Shown one piece after another: positions 1 through 10,098 of a stretch of 63,356 bases of DNA (position 1 is the first letter of the stretch; each line of letters begins with the position of its first letter). This DNA comes from Chloroflexota bacterium (lineage in GTDB: Bacteria; Chloroflexota; Limnocylindria; Limnocylindrales; CSP1-4), in the NCBI GenBank assembly GCA_021802585.1, contig JAJZRQ010000007.1, forward strand, positions 1-63,356, in the 5' to 3' direction. The notes under the pieces are model-generated. The model saw nothing but the letters and a program-made list of their open reading frames with translations, was not told the origin of the DNA and ran no database searches. Made by a program: the position numbers and the translations under genes.

Positions 1-125
1 CCTCGCCCTCATCGATGCCGAACCCGAGGTCGAGGAGGTGGTGCCAGCGCTGCTCATGGCGAGCTGACCGATCAGACGCGAGGATGCGTTGCGCCTGCTG
101 TTACACCACGTGCTGGGACTTGACC
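1..125 (+). mobile_element. Right end of a probable IS256-family insertion sequence (transposase C-terminus 2..67 plus terminal repeat 101..125), cut by the window edge
   Basis: Frame 2 reads ...LALIDAEPEVEEVVPALLMAS* (TGA 65-67). It is followed by TTACACCACGTGCTGGGACTTGACC, which resembles the TACACCAC...GGGACTTGAC right ends I recall for high-GC IS256 elements. Confidence 0.6.
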
Positions 126-177
126 CGGTTCCTCGGCCGGTTCGCTTGATTCTCGAGGCGCCCTCGACGCGTTCGCG

Positions 178-834
178 GTGAGCCTCGGCGCGGCGGTCGA
201 CCTGTTCATCGCTGCCAGGGCCGCCGAGAGCGCCTCGGAGCGGACGGTCGAGTGGTACCGAATGATCACCGGCCGGGCCGTTCGCCGATTCGGATCGGCC
301 CGGCCAGTCGATCGGATGACGGCAGCCGAGCTGCGGGCCTGGCTCCTCGAACTGCGCGAGACGCTGGCCCCGAAGTCGATCGCCGGCTACGTCCGCGGGC
401 TGAAGGCGTTCGGCAATAGGCGCAACTTGGAGGAGCTCGCTGCGGCTGCCGGTGTCCGGGCGCTCCGTCGACCGCGGGTGCCGAACACGCTCATCGCACC
501 GTTCAGCACCCGCGAATTCGAGCGCCTCCTGGCGCTCGCCGATCCGCGCGAGCGGGCGCTCACGCATACTCCTCCTCGCCACCGGGCTCCGGCTCGCCGA
601 GGTCGCCTCGCTGCACGTCGGCGACATCCGGCCGGACGGGACGATCCGGGTCCTGGGCAAGGGCTCGAAGGAGCGGATCGTCCCGCTCGGAACGACGGAC
701 CCGCCGGGCGCTCCTCCGCTACGTTGCCGGGCGCGATCCCGTCGGCCCGGCGGACCCACTGTTCGTCGGCCGGTACGGCACGCGGCCCAGCCGTCGCGGC
801 ATCCAGTACGCGATCGCTCGGCGCGGCATAGAGA
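178..834 (+). pseudogene. Tyrosine recombinase/integrase, frameshifted and truncated
   Basis: The N-terminal SAM-like domain (SERTVEWY...ELRAWL...SIAGYVRGLKAF) is in the 178 frame. Box I (ILLLATGLRLAEVASL...VLGKGSKERIVPLG) is in a different frame (452 ORF), so there is a frameshift near 565-570 and another near 700. No HxLR/Tyr box II. Confidence 0.8.
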
Positions 835-863
835 GTGCCTACCAATCGCGGGCGGAACGGCAC

Positions 864-1742
864 CTATGGTCCGGGCAGCGTCCGCACGGTGGGCAGTCCG
901 AGCGACTGGTCAAGCAGCCATAGGGTGTCGATGAACGATGCGAAGTCGCGTGTCGGTGTGTATCCGATTGATGGTCCGCCCAACCCCGGATCGACCACGG
1001 TTGGCCGGCGGCCGATGTCGAGACCGTACCGTTCCACGAGCTCTTGGGCTGCGCCGCCGAAGATTCGGCCGCAAGCTGCCAGCGGGTCGACCTCCCAGTC
1101 GTCAACTTGGCCGGCCTCAAAGGCGTTTCTACGCACCGCATTGACGATGGTTCCCGAGGGCTCGTCGTTCGAAGGCCGTGCCAGATGGTCGATCGAGGCG
1201 ACTGCGGCGGCGACCACGTCGTCGCGATCTACGCCGCCGTAGAGCAGGCGGGTGCCATGTTCCAGGAACGTGGACGTCGGCGTGAAGTCTGCGGGCCTGA
1301 TCGCAAGGTAGCTGATCCGGTGATTCTGCCGGTAGTACTCGCACAGCTCTTCGCCGACGCGCTTGGTGAAGCCGTACTTCCCGTACGCCGAGTGCCATGC
1401 CAGGGAAGAGAGGAAGACGACTCGCTTCACGTTCCTGGCCACCGCGGCCTGAAACATCCAGAAGGTGCCGTCAACGTTGAGGCGCCAGTAATCGGCCTCT
1501 GACCGGCTCCTTTCGTGGATCCCGTGCCATGCGGGGAGATGGACGATCAAGTCGCAGCCAGCGGCCGCGTCCTCGAGCCCTCCCGCCCGCACATCGGCCG
1601 CTACGAAGCCGAGGGCAGATGAAGGCGCGTAATCCGCGGGTGCATGGAGATCAGAGAGGACGAGGTCATGTCCGTCCTCGACGAGCCGCGGGGCGAGTGC
1701 CGAGCCGAGGCGGCCGGCGGCGCCGGTGATCAGAATCCGCAT
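864..1742 (-). CDS. NAD-dependent epimerase/dehydratase family (extended SDR)
   Basis: MRILITGAAGRLG Rossmann motif, NVDGT, VVFLSS, YGFTK (YxxxK). Confidence 0.85.
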   Translation of the reverse strand: MRILITGAAGRLGSALAPRLVEDGHDLVLSDLHAPADYAPSSALGFVAADVRAGGLEDAAAGCDLIVHLPAWHGIHERSRSEADYWRLNVDGTFWMFQAAVARNVKRVVFLSSLAWHSAYGKYGFTKRVGEELCEYYRQNHRISYLAIRPADFTPTSTFLEHGTRLLYGGVDRDDVVAAAVASIDHLARPSNDEPSGTIVNAVRRNAFEAGQVDDWEVDPLAACGRIFGGAAQELVERYGLDIGRRPTVVDPGLGGPSIGYTPTRDFASFIDTLWLLDQSLGLPTVRTLPGP

Positions 1743-1850
1743 CGCTTTGCTTACTCCGTGGCCGCCGACCGTGAGCCGACGAGGGCGGTCGAGCCAGCGA
1801 GACCCTGGTACGCCTGAGGGCAGAGCGTAGGCAACAACGTCGCGGCGGCC

Positions 1851-2150
1851 TCAGACACAGCGAGCGGTGTACTCACCGTCGATCACCACAACACTGCCGG
1901 TGACTTGGTTCGCGGCGCCGGACGCAAGATAGGTGACCGCGGGCTGGATGTCGGTCGTGCTGGTGACGTCCGCACGCAGGAATACTCCTCCGGCTGCCTC
2001 GGCGACTGGAGGACTGGTCGTGTCATTCAGGTCGACGACAGCGACCTCGGCACCATCGGCCGCGAGCGCTCCACGATCGCTTTGCCGATGCCCTGGCCGC
2101 CGCCCGTGACAACGGCCACCCGACCAGCCAGCGGCCGCGGCTCGGGCCAC
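1851..2150 (-). pseudogene. Short-chain dehydrogenase remnant with frameshifts and a large internal deletion
   Basis: LAGRVAVVTGGGQGIGKAIV is in one frame. LAADGAEVAVVDLN...ADVT is in another and joins directly to the C-terminal YLAS..A.QVTGSVVVIDG. The catalytic YxxxK region is missing. Confidence 0.75.
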
Positions 2151-2180
2151 CCGAGCTTGGACCGAAGGACGCGTCGCTCG

Positions 2181-3791
2181 TCACGACTCGGCCGTTTGTG
2201 CGGCGAACGGTGCTGCGGCATCCGCCCGAGGTGCCGGATGCGCCGCCCCGGGCTGCTCGGCCAGGTTGCTTGACGATCGCTCCCAGGCTGCCAACGCGTT
2301 GACGGTCGGGCGGGAGTCCCGGTACAGCCTGCGGAAGAGTGGATACAGACTGTCGTAGGCGGCCGCGAGGGTCGGCACTGGCCGAATGCGATCGGTCAGC
2401 GTTACCCAATCGCGATCGAGCGCGTCGAGCCCGTCGATGAGCCCGGCGGCGATGCCCGCAAGGAACGCGTCACCGTAGCTCGCGCCGATGGTCCGGGCCG
2501 GCAGCTCCTGGATGACGCCGGCGGCGCTCGATACGATCTCAAGCCAGAGCTTGCTCGTCGCGCCGCCGCCCACCGCGATGACGCGCTCGATCGGCGCCCC
2601 GCTCTCGCGCATCGTTTCGATGATCTGCCGGATCCCGAACGATGTTCCCTCGAGCAGCGCCCGGTAGAGGTCAGCCCGGTCGTTCGCCAGCGACAAGCCC
2701 GCAATGACCCCTCGAGCGTCAGGATCATGCAGCGGGGTCCGCTCACCGCTCAAGTAGGGAAGGAACAGCAACCCGTTCGCGCCCGGCGGGGCCATGGCCG
2801 CCTCATGGGCGAGTTCCGCATAGCCGCCGCCCCCGCTCGCCTCGAGGTCGCGGGCCAGGTTGTCCCGGAACCATGTGGTCGCGGAACCGGTCGTGGACAT
2901 TCCGGCGGCCATTGCACGCTGCCCCCTGAAGGCACCACCTGTCGCCCAGAGGTCGCGATGAGTCCGCAGCCCGTCAGTCACGAGAATCATGAACGCCGTG
3001 CTGCCGTACATGAGCATCAGGTCGCCAGGGCGAACGGCGCCGACGCTGACGGCCTCGGCGAGCGCATCCACGGTCCCGCCCGTCACCGGCGTGCCGGCCG
3101 GGATCCCTGTCTCACGCGCCGCGTCCGGCGTCACCACGCCGACGAGCTCGTCGCTCCACGCCAGCTCGGGTAGCCGCTCGATCGGAGCGATCGCATCTGC
3201 GAACCGGTCGTCCCACGCGAGGCGACCGAGGTCGATCAACGGGTTGAAATGCGATGCCGTGTGGCGGTCGATCACGTGACGCCCCGTGAGGCGGAGGACG
3301 AGGTAGGACGACGCTGTATGGAATCGTTCGGCGCGCCGCCAGATGGCCGGCTCGTGCTGGCGGAGCCAGAGCAGCTTTGGGCCGACGGCCTGGCTCGTCA
3401 GGCGCATCCCGCCGAGGGCGAACAGCGCCTCGGGGCTGAATCGCGACTCGAGCTCGACGATCTGCTCCGTCGCCCGGACGTCGACGCCGTACAGGATGCC
3501 CGCCCGGAGCGGTCGACCGGTCTCGTCGATCGGCAGAAGACACGGGCCGATGGCGCTCGCTGCGACCGCCGCGATCCGATCGCCAGCCCGTACGGCCGAG
3601 GCGAGCTCCCGCGCGATCGAGGCGAAGTCGGTCCACCACACGGCATCGGCGTCCTGCTCGGCCCAACCAGGACGTGGGACGGCCATCCGGTGTTCGCGCC
3701 GAGCATCGGCGACGACCTGGCCGTCCGGCCGGCACAGCACCCCCTTCGAGCTGTAGGTCCCGATGTCAATCCCGAGCAAGAGCTCGCCCAT
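2181..3791 (-). CDS. FGGY-family carbohydrate (pentulose) kinase
   Basis: Start at MGELLLGIDIGTYSSK (ATG 3791). Motifs PGWAEQD, GPKLLWL, FLPYLSGERTP, RALLEG, VGGGA. Confidence 0.9.
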   Translation of the reverse strand: MGELLLGIDIGTYSSKGVLCRPDGQVVADARREHRMAVPRPGWAEQDADAVWWTDFASIARELASAVRAGDRIAAVAASAIGPCLLPIDETGRPLRAGILYGVDVRATEQIVELESRFSPEALFALGGMRLTSQAVGPKLLWLRQHEPAIWRRAERFHTASSYLVLRLTGRHVIDRHTASHFNPLIDLGRLAWDDRFADAIAPIERLPELAWSDELVGVVTPDAARETGIPAGTPVTGGTVDALAEAVSVGAVRPGDLMLMYGSTAFMILVTDGLRTHRDLWATGGAFRGQRAMAAGMSTTGSATTWFRDNLARDLEASGGGGYAELAHEAAMAPPGANGLLFLPYLSGERTPLHDPDARGVIAGLSLANDRADLYRALLEGTSFGIRQIIETMRESGAPIERVIAVGGGATSKLWLEIVSSAAGVIQELPARTIGASYGDAFLAGIAAGLIDGLDALDRDWVTLTDRIRPVPTLAAAYDSLYPLFRRLYRDSRPTVNALAAWERSSSNLAEQPGAAHPAPRADAAAPFAAQTAES

Positions 3792-3813
3792 GCCCTGAAC
3801 CTGCCTTCGTTGA

Positions 3814-5256
3814 CTAGCCGAGAACCGGTCGAGATTCGTTCCGGACGCCAGCCGCGTCCAGGACGATCGGCGTGACGTCCAGGAGCCGGCAGACCGCGAT
3901 GAGGTCGTCTGTCCGGTCGCCGTACACCGCGTGGATGTGGTTCGCCGAGAACGTCGAGAGGAACGTCTCGGGCGTCGCATCGAAGCGCGCGAAAGCGTGC
4001 GGCCACTCCCAGGTCGTATCGCGCATGTACCGCTCGTTCTCCTCGTCGCCGTAGCGGACGAGCTCGCCGGGCAGGATAGCCATCCAGTACCGGCCGTCCT
4101 TGCGGGTGAGCCGGGCGAAGGTCGCCCGGCCCGGCGCGGCCAGATGCTGGACCGATGCCCCGCCGGCCGGAAAGTAGAAGACCTCGGGCCAGAAGTGGAC
4201 TGAGGGCATGTTGTCCTTCGGGTCGGTGCTCTTCGCCGCGAAGTACGTGGCGTGCTGGCCCGAGTTGCACAGGTCGAAGATGCCGGCCGTCGCGTTGTAA
4301 TGGCGGACGTCCGCAAAGAGGACCGGGGTGTTGGCGATTCCCTTGAGGAATTGCATCGTCAGGGCGCCGTCCGTGTCGGCCTCGGTCGCGCAGACGATCG
4401 GCTCCTTCGGGCCCTCCCAGTCGTAGGCGTCGTTCATGAACGCCTCGGCCAGATCCATCGTGGCGTAGTGGTTCGTCAGCTCCGGCTGGCCCTTGATGCC
4501 GCAGAACGAGAGGTCCCACTCGGCGGCCAGCTCGCGCACGGCGTGGTACGAGCGGACCTGACGCTCGAGGATCTCGGGCGTCAGGCGATCGCCGTCGTAG
4601 TGGACATTGCCCCACGACTCAAGCCACTCGCGCCCCGCCCGGACACGGGCGTCGTCGATGAGGGCTCCGCGCCGGACGATCTCCCACTGGTCGATATGCT
4701 CGACGTCGATGCCGAACTGGCGCTGCCAGCCGGCCGGGTCCACGGTCGCGGTGTACATCCCCATCGACCGCCCACCGATCAGGCCGTAGGTCTGTCCGCG
4801 AAGCCCGTTCACGACGCCCGCCGAGCGGACGAAGCGATCGACGGTCGCGTAGACGGCGGGATCCTCGATCTCGCCCCAGGCCCGTTCGAACGGGATCCCG
4901 AGCTGGTTGAGACTGCCGCCGGCAGCGAGCATCGCGACAAGGCCCGGATGCTGAGGATTGACGTTCGAGAACGCGAGGATCGGCTTGGGCACGAAGCCCG
5001 ACGCGATCGCGGAGAAGTGGGGGAACGCCCAGACCGCGTAATTGAAGATCGTGGCCTCGCAGCCGGCGGCTGCCAGCCGCTTCGCCTCGCTCGCCGCGAG
5101 GGCAGAGGTCCACACGGTCTCGCCGGTCACGACCTCGTGGCCGTTGAGCTCGAGGCGGGCCCGAAGGCGGTTCTCGAAGCCGCGGTTCAACTCGATGAGC
5201 TCGTCGTTCACGAAGTCGCGCCCGTCGGAGAACGTAAGAATCCCGACTCTCGTCAC
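3814..5256 (-). CDS. L-fucose/D-arabinose isomerase family protein
   Basis: GGRSMGMYT, FGIDVEHIDQ, GIKGQPEL, ND.YDWEGPKEP.VCATEAD.DGALTMQ, FADVRHY, DLCNSG, WPHAF, ANHIH match FucI-family motifs. Confidence 0.85.
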   Translation of the reverse strand: MTRVGILTFSDGRDFVNDELIELNRGFENRLRARLELNGHEVVTGETVWTSALAASEAKRLAAAGCEATIFNYAVWAFPHFSAIASGFVPKPILAFSNVNPQHPGLVAMLAAGGSLNQLGIPFERAWGEIEDPAVYATVDRFVRSAGVVNGLRGQTYGLIGGRSMGMYTATVDPAGWQRQFGIDVEHIDQWEIVRRGALIDDARVRAGREWLESWGNVHYDGDRLTPEILERQVRSYHAVRELAAEWDLSFCGIKGQPELTNHYATMDLAEAFMNDAYDWEGPKEPIVCATEADTDGALTMQFLKGIANTPVLFADVRHYNATAGIFDLCNSGQHATYFAAKSTDPKDNMPSVHFWPEVFYFPAGGASVQHLAAPGRATFARLTRKDGRYWMAILPGELVRYGDEENERYMRDTTWEWPHAFARFDATPETFLSTFSANHIHAVYGDRTDDLIAVCRLLDVTPIVLDAAGVRNESRPVLG

Positions 5257-6284
5257 GAGTGGAAACCTCCGGTAGCGGAGATCGGCGGAGCCGCGGTCGA
5301 GCCTCTCACGATGAGCGTTCCTGCCAACAGGACCTTCTCGACGGTTGCGGTTGGTTCATCGAGCCGGCGGACCAGGAGCTCGGCGGCCTGGGCGCCCATC
5401 TGGTAGGTCGGCTGCTGGACGACCGTGAGAGGTGGATCGAGCAACTCGGCCGTTGGCAGGTCGTCGAATCCGACCAGTGACATCTGATCGGGCATCCGGA
5501 CACCCCGCTCGCGAAGGGCCTTCACCACGCCGATCGTCGTGAGGTTGTTGACCGAGAAGATGGCCGTGGGGGGTTCCGCCAGATCCAGCAATGCGCGAGT
5601 GTGGACGAGCGCAGCAGCCTCGCGGAAGTTGCCCTCCCGGAAGAGTTCCGGCTCCAGGTCGAGGCGGTGGTCTCGGAACGCCCGCTCGTACCCGAGGTAG
5701 CGCTCGCGGGCTGTCCGGGCGTCGTGCGGCCCGCCGACCATGGCGATCCGCCGGTGGCCAAGCCGCACGAGGTGGGTCACGGCGCCGTACGCTGCCGTCT
5801 CGTTGTCGACGGCAACGCTGTCGGTCGGCAGACCCTCGATCCGCCGGTCGACCGCAACGATCGGAACGCCGATCGACTGGAGACGGCGCAGCGCCTCGAC
5901 ACTCTCGTTCGTGGTGGCCACGATCACGCCGGCGGCCCGTTCGGCGGCCATGGCGCTCAGGGTCGAGGCCTCACGCTCGGGGCTCTCGTCGGTGTTCGCC
6001 AGCACGAGCGAATAGCCATGGCGTTGGGCGACGTCCTCGGCTCCGCGGGCGACGGCAGTGAAGAACGGGTTGCCGATATCGCTGATCACAAGGCCGAAGA
6101 TGCGCGAGCTCCCGAAGCGCATGTTTCGCGCCAGGTTGTTCGGGTAGTAGTGCAGATCCTCAGCTGCCAGGAGCACCCGTTGGAGCAAGCCCGCGCTCAC
6201 CCGCTTCCTGTCGCCCGACAGGGCGCGCGAAACGGTGGCCACGGACACCCCGGCTCGCTCGGCGACGTCGGCCATCGTGGGCAT
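5253..6284 (-). CDS. LacI-family transcriptional regulator
   Basis: MPTMADVAERAGVSVATVSRAL HTH plus sugar-binding domain (NPFF, GFDD, PPLTVV). GGGAGG lies upstream of ATG 6284. Confidence 0.93.
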   Translation of the reverse strand: MPTMADVAERAGVSVATVSRALSGDRKRVSAGLLQRVLLAAEDLHYYPNNLARNMRFGSSRIFGLVISDIGNPFFTAVARGAEDVAQRHGYSLVLANTDESPEREASTLSAMAAERAAGVIVATTNESVEALRRLQSIGVPIVAVDRRIEGLPTDSVAVDNETAAYGAVTHLVRLGHRRIAMVGGPHDARTARERYLGYERAFRDHRLDLEPELFREGNFREAAALVHTRALLDLAEPPTAIFSVNNLTTIGVVKALRERGVRMPDQMSLVGFDDLPTAELLDPPLTVVQQPTYQMGAQAAELLVRRLDEPTATVEKVLLAGTLIVRGSTAAPPISATGGFHS

Positions 6285-6312
6285 CGCGTAGTCTGCCTCC
6301 CATGGTTGCTGC

Positions 6313-6435
6313 TGCAAACCATTACATGCTATCCGTCAAGCCCCCAACCTGCAACATGTTTCATGGTTCGCTCGAGGTTCCATGATATCGATTGCACCCT
6401 CGGGCCTCTTGACACCGCATGTGTAATGGGTTTCA
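6313..6435. promoter_or_regulatory. Divergent promoter region with four LacI-type operator-like 14-mers
   Basis: TGCAAACCATTACA (6313), TGCAACATGTTTCA (6350), TGATATCGATTGCA (6383) and TGTAATGGGTTTCA (6422) are variants of TGNAANCGNTTNCA. TTGACA at 6409-6414. Confidence 0.7.
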
Positions 6436-6444
6436 CTCTCAAGC

Positions 6445-7629
6445 GTGCGACTGCCGACGAACCGAGGCACCGAGGGACGGTCCCACGAATTGGCTGAGAC
6501 ATGGGCGAGGCGCGCCACCCGACGCCAGCGCGCAGCGAAGGTGCTGCTGACTGGCTTCGTTGCAGCCATCGCCGGATGCAGCCCGCCGCAGGGAGGTCCG
6601 CTGACGAACGCTCGGAACGCGCCATTCCTCGTCGCCGGTATCTCGGGGATCGAGCGAATCTGCCAGTTGACTGGACCGGGCGCCTTCAACGAAACGTCCT
6701 CGGTCAAGGTCGCCGGCACGGATCTCGGCTCCATGTTTGAGGCGGACGGAAGAACCTGGTTCGCCTTCGGCGACACCTTTGGCGAGCGCGCCACCGACGC
6801 GTTTGGCGGGGGCGGAGGGATCTGGCGGTCGAACACGATGGCCTGGACCACGGACACCGACCCCTCGGACTGCCTTGCGCTCGATGGCTGGGTGACGGAC
6901 GACGTCGGCTGGGCGAAAGAGCTCGTGCCCGCAAGGCGTCGCGATGGCGACGAAATCACGGTGATCCCGACGTACGGGTTCGAAGCCGCTGGCGCGATGT
7001 ACCTGCATTTCATGTCGGTGAGGCACTGGGCCGATCCGGGTGAGTGGGAGACCAATTTCGCCGGACTCGCCAAGTCAACCGACGCAGGCCAGACCTGGGA
7101 AGCATTGCCCGGGGTGACGTGGCCCGGAACCGGGAGCTTCCAGCAGGTCAGCGTCGCGAAGGTCGACGGTGAGCTCTACATGTGGGGGATTCCGGCTGGT
7201 CGCCTCGGGGGCGTCCAGCTCATGAAGGTTGCCGAGAAGGAGGTCGAGCAACTCACGTCCTACCAGTACTTCGCCGGGCCGGCTGCGGACGGAGAGCCGA
7301 CCTGGTCGGCTGACGCTGGCGACGCGAAACAGGTGATTGATCGTCAGACAGGCGAGCTGTCGGTGATCTGGGACGCCGATCTCGGCCGGTGGCTGATGTC
7401 GACGATGGCCGACAACTCGGATGCGGTCCTCTACGAGGGGATCACGCCGTGGGGCCCGTGGAGCTCCGCGATTCCACTCTTCACGCAGGAGGAGCTGCCC
7501 GGCCTCTACGCGCCGTTCCTCAACGCCGCGTTCGTCGCCGACAAGGGCCGCACCATCTATTTCGGGATCTCGGTCTGGGGTCCCTACAACGTCTTCTGGT
7601 ATCGGGCCCGCCTCAGCGGGGGGAGCTGA
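6445..7629 (+). CDS. DUF4185 (GH183) endo-D-arabinanase-like lipoprotein
   Basis: GTDLG, FGDTF, WRSN, TVIPT, YLHFMSVRHW, STDAGQTW, GELSV, PWGPWS, GLYAPF, S.W..YNVF. Lipobox IAGC. True start may be 6490 or 6541. Confidence 0.85.
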   Translation: MRLPTNRGTEGRSHELAETWARRATRRQRAAKVLLTGFVAAIAGCSPPQGGPLTNARNAPFLVAGISGIERICQLTGPGAFNETSSVKVAGTDLGSMFEADGRTWFAFGDTFGERATDAFGGGGGIWRSNTMAWTTDTDPSDCLALDGWVTDDVGWAKELVPARRRDGDEITVIPTYGFEAAGAMYLHFMSVRHWADPGEWETNFAGLAKSTDAGQTWEALPGVTWPGTGSFQQVSVAKVDGELYMWGIPAGRLGGVQLMKVAEKEVEQLTSYQYFAGPAADGEPTWSADAGDAKQVIDRQTGELSVIWDADLGRWLMSTMADNSDAVLYEGITPWGPWSSAIPLFTQEELPGLYAPFLNAAFVADKGRTIYFGISVWGPYNVFWYRARLSGGS

Positions 7630-7682
7630 CGGCCGTTTCTTTCCGCAGCTGCGGAGCCGTTCAACGAAGGAGGAGGTCGTCA

Positions 7683-9059
7683 ATGGTTCGCCGATTCGGC
7701 CTGCGCTCGATCATTGCGGGTACGATGGTCGTCGCCCTATTCGCCTCGGCATGCAGCCCGAGCGCGACCCCATCGGGCGGCTCGAATGCCGCCACGGCGA
7801 CCCCCGCCGCTGGGGCGAGCGACGCGGCAATTGGCCCCAAGGTTGAGGTCGTGTTCTGGCAGCGCCAGTTCGAGGACTATCAGCAGGCCTGGTTCAAGAA
7901 GCAGGTCGCGGCATTCAACGCCGCCCACCCCGCGATCGAGGTGAAGTACACCGCCGTTCCCGGTGACGCGTGGGACGCCAAGCTCAAGGCCGCCCAGGCC
8001 GCGGGCAAGGTTCCGGACGTCCTGACGACCAACTACGGCGCGATCAAGCCCGGTGTCGTGAACGGCCAGTTCGCGAAGCTCGACGGCCTGATGAAGCCTG
8101 AGGCCTTCGCCGACATCGCCGACAATGTCAAGGACTTCGTCAGGACGAAGGACGGGTACTTCGGATATCCGATGCTCGTCGAGCCATCGACCGTTCTGTA
8201 TTACCGAAAGGATCTGTTCACCGCGGCTGGTCTCGATCCAGCCAAGCCGCCCAAGAACTGGGATGAGCTGATCGCTGACGCACGAGCTCTGACCAAGGGC
8301 GGGGTCTATGGCATGAATATCGCCCAAACCGCCCCGGATCTCGGCTGGTCCAGTTGGGGCCTGCAGTACAACGCCGCCGGGCACCTCCCGATCGCCGACG
8401 ACTGGTCGGCTCCGAGGGCGACAGATCCGGCCTACACGAAGCTGCTCCAACTCTACCAGACGCTCTACACCGAGAAGCTGATGCCGCAGGAGGCGACCTT
8501 TCCGTATGCGGACGCGTCGTTCTACGGCCAAGGCAAGGTAGCGATGAGCGCCGGAGGTTCGTGGGAGATCGGGCAGCTCAGCGCCGACTTCAAGGACACC
8601 CTCGCCAACACGGCAATCGCCGCCTTCCCCTCGGTTGATGGAGATGCGACGAAGCCGACGTCAACTCTCGGCGGCTGGACCCTGACCATCGACGCCAAGT
8701 CGAAGGTCCAGCAGCAGGCCGCCGACTTCGTGTCGTGGCTGCTCGCCGGCGACCCGGCGATCATGACGGACTTCTTCAAGGCCGCCGGATACTCCAAGTA
8801 CTCGCCCCGCGCTTCGGTGGCCGCGGCTCTCGCGGCCGACCCGGATGCGTCGCGCAATCCCTATCTTGCGATCGTGTCGAGGGATGTCCTGCCGTACGCC
8901 AAGGCCGAGCCCGCCTATCCGTGGGACGTCAGCATTGCCTTCGGGACTGCGATCGAAAAGGCCATGAAGGGTGGCGACATCGATGCGGCTCTCGCCGAGG
9001 CTGATAAGGCGATTGCCGATGTCATCACCAAGCAGAAGCTCGCGGGGACCGCACCCTAA
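7683..9059 (+). CDS. Carbohydrate ABC transporter substrate-binding lipoprotein (CUT1)
   Basis: AGGAGGT RBS before ATG 7683, lipobox ASAC, FNAAHP.IEV, LYYRKDLF..AGLDP..PPKNWDEL. Confidence 0.92.
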   Translation: MVRRFGLRSIIAGTMVVALFASACSPSATPSGGSNAATATPAAGASDAAIGPKVEVVFWQRQFEDYQQAWFKKQVAAFNAAHPAIEVKYTAVPGDAWDAKLKAAQAAGKVPDVLTTNYGAIKPGVVNGQFAKLDGLMKPEAFADIADNVKDFVRTKDGYFGYPMLVEPSTVLYYRKDLFTAAGLDPAKPPKNWDELIADARALTKGGVYGMNIAQTAPDLGWSSWGLQYNAAGHLPIADDWSAPRATDPAYTKLLQLYQTLYTEKLMPQEATFPYADASFYGQGKVAMSAGGSWEIGQLSADFKDTLANTAIAAFPSVDGDATKPTSTLGGWTLTIDAKSKVQQQAADFVSWLLAGDPAIMTDFFKAAGYSKYSPRASVAAALAADPDASRNPYLAIVSRDVLPYAKAEPAYPWDVSIAFGTAIEKAMKGGDIDAALAEADKAIADVITKQKLAGTAP

Positions 9060-9079
9060 GGCGCTGTTCTCCTCCTCTA

Positions 9080-9112
9080 CCGGTACCGGGGCCCCCAGGG
9101 CCTCGGTACCGG
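9080..9112 (+). terminator. Intergenic stem-loop after the SBP gene (mRNA stabiliser or partial terminator)
   Basis: CCGGTACCGGGGCCC-cca-GGGCCTCGGTACCGG: 15-bp stem with one G-U, followed by CTTTC. Confidence 0.6.
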
Positions 9113-9132
9113 CTTTCGCTCAGGAGGACGAC

Positions 9133-10098
9133 GTGTCAGGCATCCAAGGTGGCGCTGTTCAACCCGTCGCCCAAGTCGGCCTAGCCTCTCGCGCGACCGT
9201 CCGCCGCCGCCCGGGTTCGCTGTTGCGTGACAGCAGGACCGCCTACCTGATGATCGCGCCGATGGCGATCCTGCTGTCCATCTTCGTGATCTATCCCCTC
9301 GCCTATGCGCTCTATCTGAGCATGTTCGAGATCAGCTTCTATCGGGATCCGGTCTTCGTCGGGCCCCAGTTCTACGGATATGTCCTCGACAGCCCGCGGT
9401 TCTGGAACGCGATATCGATCGGCCTCCGGCTGGCCGTCATGGTCGTCCCGGTCATGCTTGTGATCGCATTCTTGATCGCGTCGCTCATCCGAACGCTCGG
9501 TCGGCGTCTGGCGGGATTCCTCAAGACGACGATCTACCTGCCAACGGTCGTGTCCGGCGTGGTTGCCTCGGTCGTCTTCACGTTGATGTACCGCCTGGAT
9601 GGCGGCTTGGTCAACGGGGCCCTCGGCGTTGTCGGGATCGGGCCGTTCGCCTACCTGTCCAGTCCAGACCTCGCCCTGCCCGCGATCGCCGTGCCGGCGA
9701 TCTGGCTCGGGATTGGCGTTTCGTCGCTGATCATGCTCGCCGGGATGCTCGACATCCCGGAGAGCTATTTCGAGGCCGCCGAGCTCGAGGGCGCAGGCTT
9801 CCTGGCTCAAACCCGCTACGTGACGATCCCGCTGCTCAGAAACATTCTGCTGTTCCTGTTCGTGACCGGGTTCATCCTCGCAATGCAGCAGGTGGACCTG
9901 CCGCTCGTGATGACCGGGGGCGGACCCGTCGACTCGACGATGACGCCGAACCTCTTCATCTTCACGCAGTTCAAGGACCCGACACCGTACGCGACCAGCT
10001 TCTCCCTGACGGCGGCGCTGATCCTGTTCTTCGTCCTCGGCTCGGTCAGCGCACTCATCTTCCGTCTCGTTCGGTCCGAAAAGGCGGTGGATGCGTGA
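9133..10098 (+). CDS. Carbohydrate ABC transporter permease
   Basis: AGGAGG then GTG 9133, hydrophobic helices, EAA loop (IPESYFEAAELEGA), MTGGGP. Confidence 0.92.
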   Translation: MSGIQGGAVQPVAQVGLASRATVRRRPGSLLRDSRTAYLMIAPMAILLSIFVIYPLAYALYLSMFEISFYRDPVFVGPQFYGYVLDSPRFWNAISIGLRLAVMVVPVMLVIAFLIASLIRTLGRRLAGFLKTTIYLPTVVSGVVASVVFTLMYRLDGGLVNGALGVVGIGPFAYLSSPDLALPAIAVPAIWLGIGVSSLIMLAGMLDIPESYFEAAELEGAGFLAQTRYVTIPLLRNILLFLFVTGFILAMQQVDLPLVMTGGGPVDSTMTPNLFIFTQFKDPTPYATSFSLTAALILFFVLGSVSALIFRLVRSEKAVDA

